NCBI GenBank assembly: GCA_024137785.1
Contig: JAHRHZ010000058.1
Span: 33,151,646 to 33,215,645 of the forward strand
DNA length: 64,000 nucleotides
Direction of reading: 5' to 3'
Source: Ginglymostoma cirratum
Taxonomy: Eukaryota
The position numbers and the translations under genes were made by a program. Shown here one piece after another: positions 13,536-26,244 of the stretch; the stretch's first letter is position 1, and each line of letters opens with the position of its first letter. The notes beneath the pieces are model-generated. The model was not told where the DNA came from and did no database searches. It saw only the letters and a program-made list of their open reading frames with translations.

Positions 13536-15578
13536 TATTTACATTGCTGATCATTTCATTCAACACCAACACTTCCACACACACGAGCCAAGGAAACTTA
13601 GAAATCTTTGACCACAAGGAGCAATGGAGTCAGCATTTTATCTGCATATTTTTTATCTTGTTTCTACATGCTGCAGCTAGCTTTAACACAGGCATTGATC
13701 CATTGGTACATTCTGTGTGGACATGAGTTTAGGCATCATGGTGGTACAGTTACTTTCCAAGCTAGATAGACAGTCAACAACCAGGCTAATTACAAAACCA
13801 TTACCACTTATGGGACATGAGACTTCATACTGTGCAATGTCATCCATGCCACCAATGTGGCCTGAGAAGAAGTTTATTTCTTTCCCTCCCACCATGTCTC
13901 AGCTGGGCTAGAGGGAGCCTGCTCAACAGTGTTGGCCTGAGAGATTTGGTCATGCAGTAGGGGGGTCTTAATGTTTAGATGGCCCAAAATGCTGAGGGTT
14001 CCTGCCACAGGTAAGTTGACCCTTCTTGGTTTGAATTTTCAAGAGTTGGAAGAGGAAAGGCAAGAAGTGGAGGGCCTGGACACCACTGGATCTCCTGAGA
14101 AGGGACTTCTAAGGGTTCCATGCATGGTTTCCACTCTGGATGGGTGTCTTCTAGCGCAGTACTGTCTCCTTGTGAGAAAGGGTCATCTGGAGTGAGCACC
14201 AGATTCCCCGTATCCTGTTACCATCTCTTCAATTACGAGGAGAATGGTGAGGGTGATGGAGTGCAGGTCTGGCCACATATCCAGCAGACCCTGAGAGTAT
14301 TGGACCTGGGTATCAATGGCAGCTGCCAATCTGTTCGTGGAGGTAGCCAGATGACAAATCATTGAGGCAGCCTCCGGGCTATGATGTGTCCCTCATGTCT
14401 ATCTGCAGCTCCTGTTCCGCATTGTGCATGTGGGTGAACTCACTAATGGCTGAGCAGGGACTGCACTCTGGCAGGCCTCTTAGTGACCAGTGGCCTGAAA
14501 TGTTTCTTCCTTATCAGAGCTGTCATAATGACGTGCTTCCAAACTGTCTAAGCACGATGCTCCCTCCGAGGTTTCTGTATCTGGCCTGGTGGACAGGTGC
14601 AGGAGATGCCTCATAGCCTTGCAATGTTTGCTCTGAGGCATTGCAATTTTATTCCTGAGAGTTCCAAGCGGTACCTTCCAGGCGATCAGCCCATTTCTCC
14701 TTTTCTGCTGGGACCATTCCACTGACACTGGCTCGACATGAGGGAGAGAAGGCGTCACTGCCAATAATGAGTAGAGGTGGTCAATGGATAACACTGACAG
14801 CAAGGCTATTGTGAGAGTTGCAATGGAATGAAGGATGATACTCACCTCAGTTGGCGGGATATGGATGACTCAGCATCTCCGTAGGGGCAGTCCTAGTCTT
14901 GTCCTGAAAGGGACTGAGTATTCTCCTCAGAGTAGGTAAGGAGCAGAATTTTGAGCACCCCTGCACCCATCTTGGTTCTTTCCATCCTATTATGGGCTGT
15001 TTTCTCCTGTAATGGGAGAGAAGGAGGGAATAAATGAGGTAAAAGTGGATGTCACAGCTTTTTCTGCTGGTGCAGGTCGGTGAAAGGTGTTGAGGTGGCC
15101 CAGGTGACTGAGCAGGTACCACAGAGACCATGGACAGTTAGTGACATGGGGAGGTTGGCGAGGGACGAGACCAAGTGAGAGAAGATGCTGCATTCAACAG
15201 TAAGAGTAACAGTGCACAAGGCTTGGTGAGAGCTGGGTGCAGTAGCAGAGATAATGAGTGTGAGGTAGCTAAGAAAAGAGTGTGGCACTTAGACTGGCAC
15301 ACCAAAGTGTTAAATGGCTTTCTTGTGGCACTGTTGGGCATTCCTCTGCACTGTTGACACAGCACTGGCCCAGGTAGTTGCTTCGAACTAGACTGCCAGG
15401 ATCGGGTGGCCTGGCCTCCTCTGCAAGTCCTCTAGGAAGAGGGTGGTCCTCCTCTTGGACCACACCATCAGGACCTCCACAAACCATGGCACCATTATCT
15501 CCTTCTCAGAATGACCACACTTCAACATGCAGGACAACTTCCAAATGCCACTGCTCATCCGGATGTGCAACACTCTTC

Positions 15579-15666
15579 AAGGTCAGAAATCACACAACAC
15601 CAGGTTATATTCCAACAGGTTTATTTGAAAAAAACGAGCTTTCGGAGTCTCGCTCCTTCTTCAGGG
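15579..15666 (-). mobile_element. PLE 3' tail, family C
   Basis: Reverse strand: hammerhead core followed by AATAAACCTGTTGGAATATAACCTGGTGTTGTGTGA. Confidence 0.75.
15636..15664 (-). ncRNA. Minimal hammerhead ribozyme motif (family C)
   Basis: CUGAAGA-A-GGAG(CGAGA)CUCC-GAA-AG/CU-C; palindromic AGCU stem III, CUC cleavage triplet. Confidence 0.65.
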
Positions 15667-17057
15667 AGCAGGGTTCTAGGGATGCTGGCTGTTTGGTGGA
15701 CATCTGATGAGTAAGGAGATCTTCCAGGAACAGTGGGTGGTAGGATGAGGATAGAATCGGATGAAAGAGGGGACCATAAGGGCAGGGTAGGTCGTTAATG
15801 AAGTGAGGTTGGCAAGATCTGCTGAGAGATCTCACTCAGCCTCATGCAGGGAAACTGTCCATGAAACTTGACAAAACTGACATTTAGCCAAAATGATGTA
15901 AGACTTAGCTCATTGTATACAAAATCTTACATTTGGATAAATGTACTCCAATTCTTCGACTCATACCACATAAGGTATCTTACATCAAAAGAAATATGTT
16001 TAATAGTTATTCCTATACACAAGACAAGTCAAGATGGTATTGGTATTTTTAGTCATGCAATCTCATAACATTCCAAGAATATTAATTTCAGTATAAGACC
16101 TCTTGTGTATTGGGATATTGTGAATATCAATAAATAAGAGCATTTGCTGTTTGAAGTGGGTGATATTTGCTTCCCAAAAAGCATTAGGAACCACAGGTGA
16201 ATGCGATTGGCCTATCAAGGCCATTCGATTTTACAGCCAACCATAAGATCAATATTTTGCCAAGAAACGTTCATCTTGAATTGATTCTTAGAAACTCATA
16301 AAAGACTGTTTTGCAAACTCTTCACAACCAATTTACAATTGATTCAGCAATACAGCAGAATACCAAGTAGAAGATGAAGAAGATTAGGTTTCAACAGATT
16401 ACGGTTGAATTGACTAAAAATTATCTGGTAGAATCACAGATCACCAAGTTCAAGTAATTCCACATTAAAGGACGTGTCAAGTTTAAACTGCAAATGGCAA
16501 ATTTTGCACATAGCTAGGTCTTCATGCCAATTCATGTAGAATTGATTTCTGGAAAGGACAGTGCAGGCAAACAGCAAAATCATTTTACAGTTTGGTGCCA
16601 TGATGGGCAACCAAAACTCCTTTGGCACTGCGATAGGGAACCATTGGTCTTTTTGGATAAAGGAAGTAGGGTAAGCCAAATGGCCTTGCTTATTCTCTTC
16701 TGATTTTTGCTAGCTCTCACTTCAGGCAAATTTTCCAACTCCAGAGCAATAAAACACTGCAGTCAGGAGATTTGCTGCTACATTCAGCATCAGCAGGCAG
16801 TGTCACAGACAACAGTGATTTGTCGTTCACTTCAATGGATCAAGGGACTTGAGTGAAAATGAGGCACCATCTCAAGCATATCGAACATTCAATAATAAGT
16901 AATTCAGGAACTCTTGATTTTCGATTAAATATTGTAGTCTGATCAGGCATTGAATAAATTGAAGTGATTTGGCACATTGGAGTTCTGTGCTGGAGCTGGT
17001 TGCAGTAAACAGAGCAGCAATACATCGAGAAATAGTGCTAGTGATTTCACTGCTCAC

Positions 17058-17081
17058 CTGTCTTCCAAAAAAATGGTGCAG
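17058..17081 (-). CDS. Candidate 24-nt microexon
   Basis: TTTTCTTTAG|CTGCACCATTTTTTTGGAAGACAG|GTGAGC; good splice sites, length a multiple of 3, in non-repetitive DNA. Could be chance. Confidence 0.25.
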
Positions 17082-17699
17082 CTAAAGAAAACTTTACAAA
17101 TGTAATTAGCTTCACAGTTAAAAGTGATAAAAAGAACTTCAATAAAATACTCTTTTGTGATTTAACTTAAATGAGAATAAATATTGTGAACCAAGAAGGT
17201 GGCTGTTTGGTATCTATTATCAATGGAGTCTGTTTGGGAATGGTGTTCTACACATATTATGAATTGGACTAGATTACAAGGCTATTAACCATGATGCAAC
17301 AATGCTGAGGCATGAATGCTTCTCAAAGATCTAGCTGATCGATGACAGAAAACAAAAAAAAAAGCAAATGAAACTTCATCAAAATTCTTTTGGTTAAGAT
17401 ATATATCAGGAGACAAAACTTAAGTCTGGGAAGTGTGTGATATGCATAATGTTGTCTGAGAAATTAACTTTTTAACTTAAACTTTTCTTTCTTGGCATAT
17501 AATCTAAGCAAGATGCTTTCGTCCTTGAAAGATGTTTGACTTCTCCCTCAATTGAATGTTAAGGAATTACATCCCGATTAAAGCTTGGTTCTATTAAAAA
17601 CTGCTGTTTGCTGGAACCAATTTGTTAAATCTGAACAGAGCGCTCCAGAGTAAAAGTGATTTTGGTTTTATTCCACGTGTTAGTAAATGTGATTCAAAA

Positions 17700-18420
17700 A
17701 CAATAATCTACATTTATATTGTGTCTTTAATGTAATAAAACATCCCAGTGTTGCACAGAAACACAGTTGGAAGGAGCATATGAAAGAAGGAAAGACAAGA
17801 AGGAAGCAAAATGAATTGGGGGAAAAGTTGCAGAGTTTAAGGCTACAGGAGAGGAAGGCACATCAGCTAGTGGTGGAACAATTAAAACCAATTGAGGTCA
17901 GTGCCCTGGGATGCTTAAGAGGTCAGAATTGGAAGGGTACAGGCAGCTGAGTTATAGAGCTGGAGGAAGTTACAAAGGCATGCAAGGGAAAGTCCAAGGA
18001 GGAATTGGAAAACAAGAATGAGAATTTTAAAATTGAGACGTTGCTTTAGCTGGATGCACTGTAGGTGATGCATGTAATTTAGGCAGCAGGGTTTTGGATG
18101 ACCTCAAGTTTATGGATTGTCGATCTTGGGAAGTCAGACAGTAATGCATCAGACTACTCAAGGGCAGAGATAACAAAGACAAGGATATGGGTTTCACCAA
18201 CCTGTGAGCTGACGCAAGGATAATGTGGCAGAAGTGGAAATAGGTGTCCTTTGTGATAGCATGCATAAGTGATCTCAGGGTTAAATAGGTAACTAAATGA
18301 TGTAAATTGAATGTTAACAAATTACACCCTGATTAAAGCTTGTTTCCATTAAAAATGTCTGTACCACCTCAGATATTTCGCAAGGAGAGGGATAGAGTCA
18401 GTGACAACTGAACAGAGGGA
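17700..18420 (-). mobile_element. L2 LINE 3' fragment
   Basis: ORF 18027..18320 (AITKDTYFH) is homologous to the L2 copy at 51583; the tail ATTTATAT...TTTAATGTAATAAAACATCCC is the reverse of an L2-type end. Confidence 0.65.
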
Positions 18421-19039
18421 TTCAAAGTCAATGAATGGGCAGAATTTTTCTGATTGTGATCCAGACATCAACCTCAATTCTGAGTCAAGAACCTGTAATT
18501 GGCCATAGCACGGAGTTGATCAAAAGCTTCTTGGAGGCAGACAATTAAGTTGACGTCTCCAGAAGCCCCATTCAATTCAGGGCAGTGGGCAAACCGTGGA
18601 AATAGGGGGCCGAATAGGAGGTCCTGGAGAGATGGGCACCACTGGAACAAGCAGGAGACTGTGAAGGTGTCTTCAAACCCAGGTGTTGTCTGCAGCATTA
18701 AAAAAAATAACATTTATGTATTGTCACATGAATTAGTTCAGATGGGAAGTCCCTCCAGAGGATGGTTTGCAGCTGCTGGGGTCAATGAGAGGTAGCTTTG
18801 GTGGTCCAATACTCTCTCCCACCTTTCCCTGTCAGACACCCTGTGGGCAGGAGGCCTCCTCTAGTTAGATGATGGTTTCTGGCATCAGCAAGGGCACTGA
18901 CCTCAATGGGAAGATCATAACCAGCCCATTAACACGAGGCCAACAGGCCCAGTGACACCATTAAACCCTCTGAGCCTGTGAGGATTCAACTTAATGCAAC
19001 CTTCCTGATGTTTATTTGGAGAAAATTTGTACTCATTCA

Positions 19040-19950
19040 AAAGACATTTATCAACCATTTCTACAATTTAAGGACAGTGGAGGTACTGAGGGAGGTAGCC
19101 GTGAGGTAAAGCTGGACGTCATTGGTGAACAGAGAAAAATTATTGCTGCATTTTTGGATGATACCAATATGGGCCAGGATGTGGATGAGAAATAGGAGGG
19201 TGGGAGGGAGATTAGATACTGGGCTGCTACCAGAGGTAATAACACAAGAGCAGGAATAGAAACCATTACAGGTGATTTTCTAGCTATGACTGTCCAAGAA
19301 GAATTGAACTGGGTGAGTGCAGTCTTTGCTAGAAAAAAGAGTAGAGGTGGTCGAGGGACTTATTGTAACCAACTGTGTCCATGACAAGTTAAGGAAGAAA
19401 GAAATAAAATTGTGATGTTTCATTGTTATTTCTCACAATTACAGGTGCTTTGCGGACAAGAATGTAGCTTTGAAGCACAGTCACTATTCTAATGTAATAT
19501 GAGCAATTTCTAATTTGTACTCAATAGTGAGCTCCCATAAAGAGCAATATGATAGTGGCCAGAAAATATATTTTTGTGCTGCCTTTTGAGGAAAAAATAT
19601 TGACCGGGGAACCAGGACTCGTCCTGAAAACAGTGGCTTGGGATCTTTTACATTGAGGGGGAGATGGGGCCTTGGTTTAACATCTCACACAAACATGGAG
19701 CTGTAGATAAGATGGACATGGACTTGTGGATAAGATGGACATGGATTTGTGGATAAGATGGACATGGAGTTGTGGATAAGATGGACATGGATTTGTAGAT
19801 AAGATGGACATGGAGTTGTGGATAAGATGGACATGGATTTGAGAGGTGTCAGCTTATTTAAAAGCTTGAGAAAGGAAAGGGAGTTTGGAGACAGAGCTGT
19901 AGTTTGTGAGGACAAACAGGTCAAGGGTTTTTGAGGAATGGTATGATACA
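19040..19950 (-). mobile_element. L2 RT fragments interrupted by a DeuSINE-like SINE (~19420-19690)
   Basis: Reverse strand ..DDVQLYLT.. near 19100-19125; Deu-domain-like TGAGATGTTAAACCAAGGCCCCATC at ~19663-19688. Confidence 0.6.
19694..19842. repeat. 23-bp tandem repeat, ~6.5 copies (ACATGGA.TTGTGGATAAGATGG)
   Basis: Near-perfect units are directly visible. Confidence 0.95.
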
Positions 19951-19964
19951 GAAGAAAAGAAGAA

Positions 19965-21440
19965 CAAATAGAACTAGGAGCAGGAATAGATAATTCAGCC
20001 CCTCGAGCCTGCTCGGCCATTTAATACGATATGACTGATCTCAACTTGGCCTCAACTCCACTTTCCTGTCTGCTCTCCCTTTAACACGTTGCCAATTAAA
20101 AATCTATCTCCTCAAATTTATTCAGTGTCCCAGCATCCATTGCACAATGGGATAGTAAATTCTACAGATTCATGACCCTTTGTGAGAAATAATTGCTCCT
20201 TGTCTCTGTATTAAATTTGCCACCACTTATCCTAAAACTTTGAACTCTTAGTCTAGTTTACCCCACAAGGGGGAACATCAACTCGATGTCTACTTTGTTA
20301 TCCCCTTGAGCGTCTTTTATACCTCAATTAGGTCTTCTCTTATTCTTCTAAACTCTGGCGAGTACAAGTCTAAAACACTTAATATCTCCTCATAAGGCAA
20401 GCCTTTCATCTCTGGAATTAATCTAATGAACCTTCTCTGAACTTCCTCCAGTGTAATTCCTTCCTTCCTCAAGTAAGGGGATTAAAACTGAATGCAGTAC
20501 TCTAGATGCAGTCGTACCAAAGCCTTGTACAGTTGCAACAACACATCCCTATTTCGCCCTCCATTTCTTTAGCAATAAATGCCAAAATTTCATTTACTCT
20601 CCTACTACTTTCTGAACTTGCATACTAGCTTTCTGCAATTAATGGACGAGGACACCCAGATGTCTCTGCACTGAAGAATTTTGGAGTTTATCTCCATTTA
20701 GAAATTGCCTTTTTATTCTTCCAATTAAAATGGATAACCTCGCATTTATCAACATTAAAATCCATCTGCCAAATTTTCACTCATTCACCAAACTTATCGA
20801 GTCACAGAGCCATTCAGCACAGAAACAAATCCTTCGGTCCAAGTCATCCATGCCAACCAGCTATCCCAATCTTAACTAGTCCCGTTTGCCTGCATTTGGT
20901 CTATATCCCTCTAATCCCATCCTATCCATGAACTTGTCCAAATATCTTTTAAATGTTGTAATTGTACCACCATCTACCGCTTCCTCTGGCAGCTCATCCC
21001 ATACATGCACCACCCTCTGTGTGAAAAATTTGCCGCCAGGTCCTTTTTAAATCTTTCCCCTCTCACCTTAAATTTATGCCTTCTAGTTTTGAACTCCCTG
21101 CCCTTGAAAAAAGACCTTGGCAATTCACCATATCTATGCCCCTCATAATTTTATAAACCTCTACAAGGTCACCCCTCAGCCTCCGACGGACCAGGGGAAA
21201 AAGGTCCCAGCCTATTCAGCGTCTCCTTATAATTCAAACACTCCAATCCTGACAACATCCTTGTAACTTTTTTCTAATTTAACAACATCCTTTCTGTAGC
21301 AGGGTGATCAGAACTGGATGCAGTATTCCAAAAGTGGCCTCACAAATGTCTTGTGTAGCCGTAACATGACATCCCATCTTCATTGCAATTTACTTTTCCA
21401 CCTATTTTAGTGTCGTCTGCAAATTTGTCCATAGAACATT
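19965..21440 (-). mobile_element. CR1 3' fragment with a second CR1 (~20797-21375) nested in it
   Basis: Two CR1 3' UTRs (starting ~19965 and ~20797); KFADDTKIGG in ORF 21340..21603. Confidence 0.85.
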
Positions 21441-24400
21441 CTGTCTCTGTGGTACCAGCAGATTGGAAGTGCAGCGTGAACAGTACCTGACGTGACAACA
21501 TTGTTAACAATCCCGCATTAAAACTGTTTATACAAGCAGCCCTGCGGTCGGGAATTCTAAGGTGAGTAAATGACTCCCACTTTCCACCACCCAGAAGGCA
21601 CAAGTCAGAATGTATTCAAATATTCTCCATTTGCCTCAAAGGGCGGAACTCTAATAGCACTCAAGAAGGTCAACACATTTGAGGTTTTGATCAGCATTTC
21701 TACACCACATTAACTATTCACTCCCTTTACCAATGGGTTTTTTCATTCTTTTAACCAAAATGGTGAATCTCACATTTATACACATTAAACTCCATCTGCC
21801 AAATTTTGACCCCTTCATCTAACCTACCCATTTCCACTTATAATTGTTTTAATTTTTCATTGCAGTTTACTTTCCCTCCTAATTTAGTGTTGCCTGCAAA
21901 ATCATCTACAGTACATTGTCTCCCTGTGGTTACAGCAGATTGGAAGCACTGCAGCTGTAGTTTCCCATATAGTGAGACCCAGCTGCTCTCTGTTACATGG
22001 CAAGAGGCTGGCACTGGAAACTAGAAGAATAAACTCGAACACTCGCATAGGTTGTCCAATGTCAAAGAAGCCTAAACTTTGGTCCTGGAGGAGATCTCCT
22101 GCTACCCTCACAAAATAAGTGACAAAATATAAAAAGACATTGAATGGAATCTTATGGAGGTGACATCAGTCTCAGCCATTGGCTAGAAAGCTGGTGAGGC
22201 CTCCATGCAGCTGGTTTTTGAGCTAGATCTTTTGCCGCTCAGATTCACAGTGGGCCTTCCCTTGGGGTCAAGGACCCTGGGTGGAACTCCTGCCAACTGA
22301 CTGCTGACAGCTAATCAGAGGTCGACATCTCTTCAGTGCTCAGCAGTGTTATCAGGGCAGAAGTGGTTGCAGATGGCACTACACCCATTTGCAGCCTTGG
22401 ATTGAGGAAGGACCCAGGTCTTAGCCTGTTGGATGTGGGAGGGGTTAAAGGGGGTCAGCACAAGTGGCTTTAAGCAAGCTCATGCCCCATTTCCTGATGC
22501 TCGGTTCGGCATTTTGAATGAGGGTCTACCATCAGCAGCTCACAATCAAATAGAGCAAGGTTTACCTGTTCTGCTGTCTCCAATGACAAGCCCCAGTGGC
22601 CAGCCATTGAATTATTACTAGCCTCAGCAAAATGAAGCCCTTAAGTTGGAATTAATAGCAGCCAATTAAATGCCTCAACTGGCAATAGGTTAGGAAGGCT
22701 GTCCATAAATCTGCCTGCCACCAGCTTAATCAGGGTGGAACTGGGAAGGTGGTGAGGTTTGCACCTGGCCAACTAAATGTCACCCATCACTAACTCCCTT
22801 TTCTAACTAGGTGGAGCTGCCGGGCAATCACATCAATCCTCAGACCCGAAGTTTAAAAAAGCATTTGTGCCCCATCATACATACTTAGGGGTGGATCCTC
22901 TGAGCTTCCAGCACATGGTCCTCTTGCCTGCACAGAGGAGCAAGCTAAAACTGATGCCTGGAGATTTAGTGTGGGAGGTCATCAGGTGAATTCCACAGAA
23001 AATGTAACTCCTCACTCATTCAGTTCCATGCATTGACAGGGCAGGATCAAACTACTTCCTATATTCTCCAGCGTTATATGGAGATATGTGAGACAAATTT
23101 TCATCGAACTGCAATGGGAATATGTTTTGGCAAACAGTGAATCAGCTAACAATCCCAAACACATCGCTTTAGTTTGAAAGTGTCATTTTTTTTAGATCAA
23201 ACAATTTCTCTACAGCAATTAAGGAAAATAAAAGCTTTAAGACCTTGGAGAGCAAAGTAGCAAAGATTTGTTATTTCATTTCTTCGTCCACTTATTCACA
23301 TACATAACAAAAATTAAAACTCTGACAGGAATTATTCTAATTTTGCATGATGGTATAAAAACTCTGATCTTGGATTGAGGAAGGACCCAGGGCTTAGCCT
23401 GTTGGATGTGGGAGGGATTAAAGGGGGTCAGCACATTATGCATCTAGTCTGATTGAAATGAGGAGACAGGCTGTTCTGATGGAGCAGGGTATAAAAGGTG
23501 ATTAATCCAAGAACATCTGTTTTATGCTATCACCAAAATTGTAAGTAATCTGCCATTGGTTTTCATGGGTCATGGAATTAGTATGTTAATATTCTTTCTT
23601 TTTTAAACAACCTATAATTTGGTTCATCCTAAATCAAACTAATTTCTCCAAAACAGACAAATCGTCTTTGAGTAGCTATTAGAATCACCCATTCAAGCAC
23701 TTGAACTTCATCTGAGGTTACCACAAGTTTAAACTGACCCTCAAAATGAAAACTATATTTTCAGGATAACCAGATGTACCTAAGGGAGTTTATTAGCTAC
23801 AGGTAAGACTTTGAAGGTAATGTGAAAGTTCCCTGATTCTCAAAAGGATTATAGTAAAATTGCAGGATATCAATTTAATATTACAGCCTCCATTATTCAA
23901 CCAAGCTGGTTGCATTCCACATGATATTTCCATGGCCCCGGCGGCTACTCATTTTTCTCATTACCTTAGATATATCAGTCTACATTACTTGTATTTGCTC
24001 ATCTGCATTTTGATGAGAAAAGACATTGCTTTACCAGCATAAACCCCACTTTCACTCTGAGTACAAATTAGGCAGGCAAGACTGCTGGTGAGGTAGAGGG
24101 GATAGTCAATCAAGTGGGAAGGTCTATTTCATTATTAACATTAAATCTGGATGCTTTTAATATTATTTTCTTAATCAAGTGCCCAATTCCATTATAAAAT
24201 AATTTATGAACTCACTCTGTGGCAAAAAATCCCAATCAACTCTGCTGGTATTTTACTGTTTTATTACAAGTGGAAACAACTGATCAACATTTATATTGTT
24301 ACAATGCATCTTAATCTTCCAGACTTCTTTCGGGTCGTTCTCCTCCATTCTTACAAAAACAGGCCATTTTAACAAGTGCCTCTTCTAATTGTAACCTCCA

Positions 24401-25286
24401 TATCCTTAATGAGTCAGTGTATTAGAGAGAGCGAACAAAGACAACTGACTCACCAAATCACAGGATTTTTAGGACAAGGCCATTCCTTCTATCATGTCTG
24501 TATTATCTTTATTAACTAGTCTAGCTCTATTATTTAGTGCCTGTCTCCTGCCTTTTCCCCATTACCTTGTGCACTATTATTATCCAAAAGACCATCCAAT
24601 AACCTTTTGAAAGCCTCACTTAAACCAGTGCCCAGGCAGTATACTCCATAACAACTCACTGTGCAAAAAGTTTTTTTTTCACACATTGCCTTTGTCTATG
24701 TTGCACATCACTGTAAATCAATGTCCTTTTGTTCTTGTTTCTTTCACAAACAGAGTGTTGCTATCGTTCACAATGCCAGCTTTATGACACTGCTTGACTG
24801 CAGGTCTGCATATAGGTAGGTTATCAGACCTAGAATCACCATTGCGCCAGCAGCACGTAGCTAATATGTCAATGAGCTAAGCAGACATAATTGACTAGAG
24901 CACATTTATCGTGAAATATTTGGGTTGTCAGTGTCGGCGCAGTTGCTGACTGACAGCCTGTAATTGGGGGCTTCAATATTGGACTACACAATAATTTGTA
25001 ACAGCAAGTGACACTTCTCAAAGGGATTGGGCACTTAAGGTGCAGGCAGCCAGAGTGCAAATAGGAAATGGGAGCTACGCAGAAAATTCATAGGCCACCC
25101 ACTTCTCAGATGCAGCACTCAACATCTCGTCAAGCTACTTAGCAGCGGTTGCCACAGATGCCAGAACACATCTGTTCCTGTTTATCCTTCACATGGAATG
25201 CTAATCCTTGAGTCTTTCTTCATTTTCTGTTCGCCAAAATGCAAAGCAGCCGGAAGCTGCAAAGCCACAAGAAAGTAATGCCCAAG

Positions 25287-25385
25287 AACTGACGAAGGGT
25301 CACTGGACTTGAAACATTAACTCTGTCTTTCTCTCTACAGATGCTGCAAAACCTGCTGAGTTTTGCCAGCACTTTCTGTTTTCGC
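25287..25385 (+). mobile_element. PLE 3' tail, family B, with hammerhead core
   Basis: CTGACGA-A-GGGTC(ACTG)GACTT-GAAAC-ATT followed by AACTCTG..TCTCTCTACAGATGCTGC..ACCTGCTGAGTTT.CCAGCA. Confidence 0.75.
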
Positions 25386-26244
25386 TATTTCATGTGTGCT
25401 TATTGGGCCTAACAGTTTCTCAGTCTGCCCATCATCCTTAATTAGAGGGAGGTCCATGAGGCAGATTCTCTTTTTTTAAAGTTGTTCAAAGAATTGCTGG
25501 CTAGACCAGTATTTATTGCCCATCCCTAATTGCCCTGGAGATTGGTTGTGGTGAGCTGTCTTCTTGAACACTGCAGTCCTTGGAGTATTGGGACAACAAT
25601 AGACACTGTTAGAAAGGGAATTTCAGGGTTTTGGCACAGTGCCAGTGAAGAAACAGAGATACAAGGTCTCAGTCAGGATGGTGAGAGTTCTGGAGGCAAA
25701 CTTGCAGGTGGTTGCTCGTCCATTCAGCTGCCGTCCTTGTCCTTCCAGGTGGTAGAGGTCACGTTGTCCAAGGAGTCTGGATTGAGCTAGAAACTGGCGT
25801 CTGGATGAACTTGACAAAATGCAGCCCATTGTGTGCTGATTTCTAACAAGTGATACTGCACTATGAAATTGTCAAATGGAATTTTGTTTGCATGCTAGAA
25901 GATTTGTCAAAAAGCAGAGAAATTTTTACTCTGTGTCTTCCCTGTTTGTAGTCTCTTTTCGCATTGCTTTATGCTAGTTTCACACACTCTGTACTTCCTC
26001 AATTCCTTGAATTGCACGGATTTCCTGAAAGTATGTCTATTCTGTTTGTGGAACCTCACGCAGAGAAATTTGTGCCTGCTGCATGCATAATTTCAGAAAG
26101 ATGTCCAGCATTGCAATATCATGGAGCACCCACCACACCTAAAAGGGAACTATTGCTAATAGTTATAAATTATGTGTATTTCTGCTGATCACTTATAATT
26201 GCCTGCTTAATTCAACAGCAGGGAGATTATGATCTCATTTTTTT

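Larger units (their letters stand above)
12450..15860 (-). mobile_element. Degenerate PIF/Harbinger-type DNA transposon carrying a Myb/SANT-like pseudogene
   Basis: Imperfect TIRs (GGGCAGAATCTTGTTGAGGC versus the reverse complement of GCCTCATGCAGGGAAACTGTCC) and a TAA left flank. Minus strand ~15310-15495 reads PWFVEVLM..RRTTLF.ED..RRP....AV*FEATTWASAVSTVQRNAQQCHKK. No transposase is recognisable. Confidence 0.6.

Noticed and set aside
13680-15840. Cluster of overlapping short ORFs as a gene
   Set aside because: GC-richer interior of a decayed DNA transposon; only the Myb-like remnant is recognisable, and it has stops.
19685-20020. ORF with repeated peptide, or a CRISPR-like array
   Set aside because: It is a simple 23-bp tandem repeat with no unique spacers, in a eukaryotic context.
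25952-26030. Plus-strand exon candidate (SLFALLYASF...)
   Set aside because: Splice sites are plausible but the peptide is unrecognised and there are no supporting plus-strand exons.
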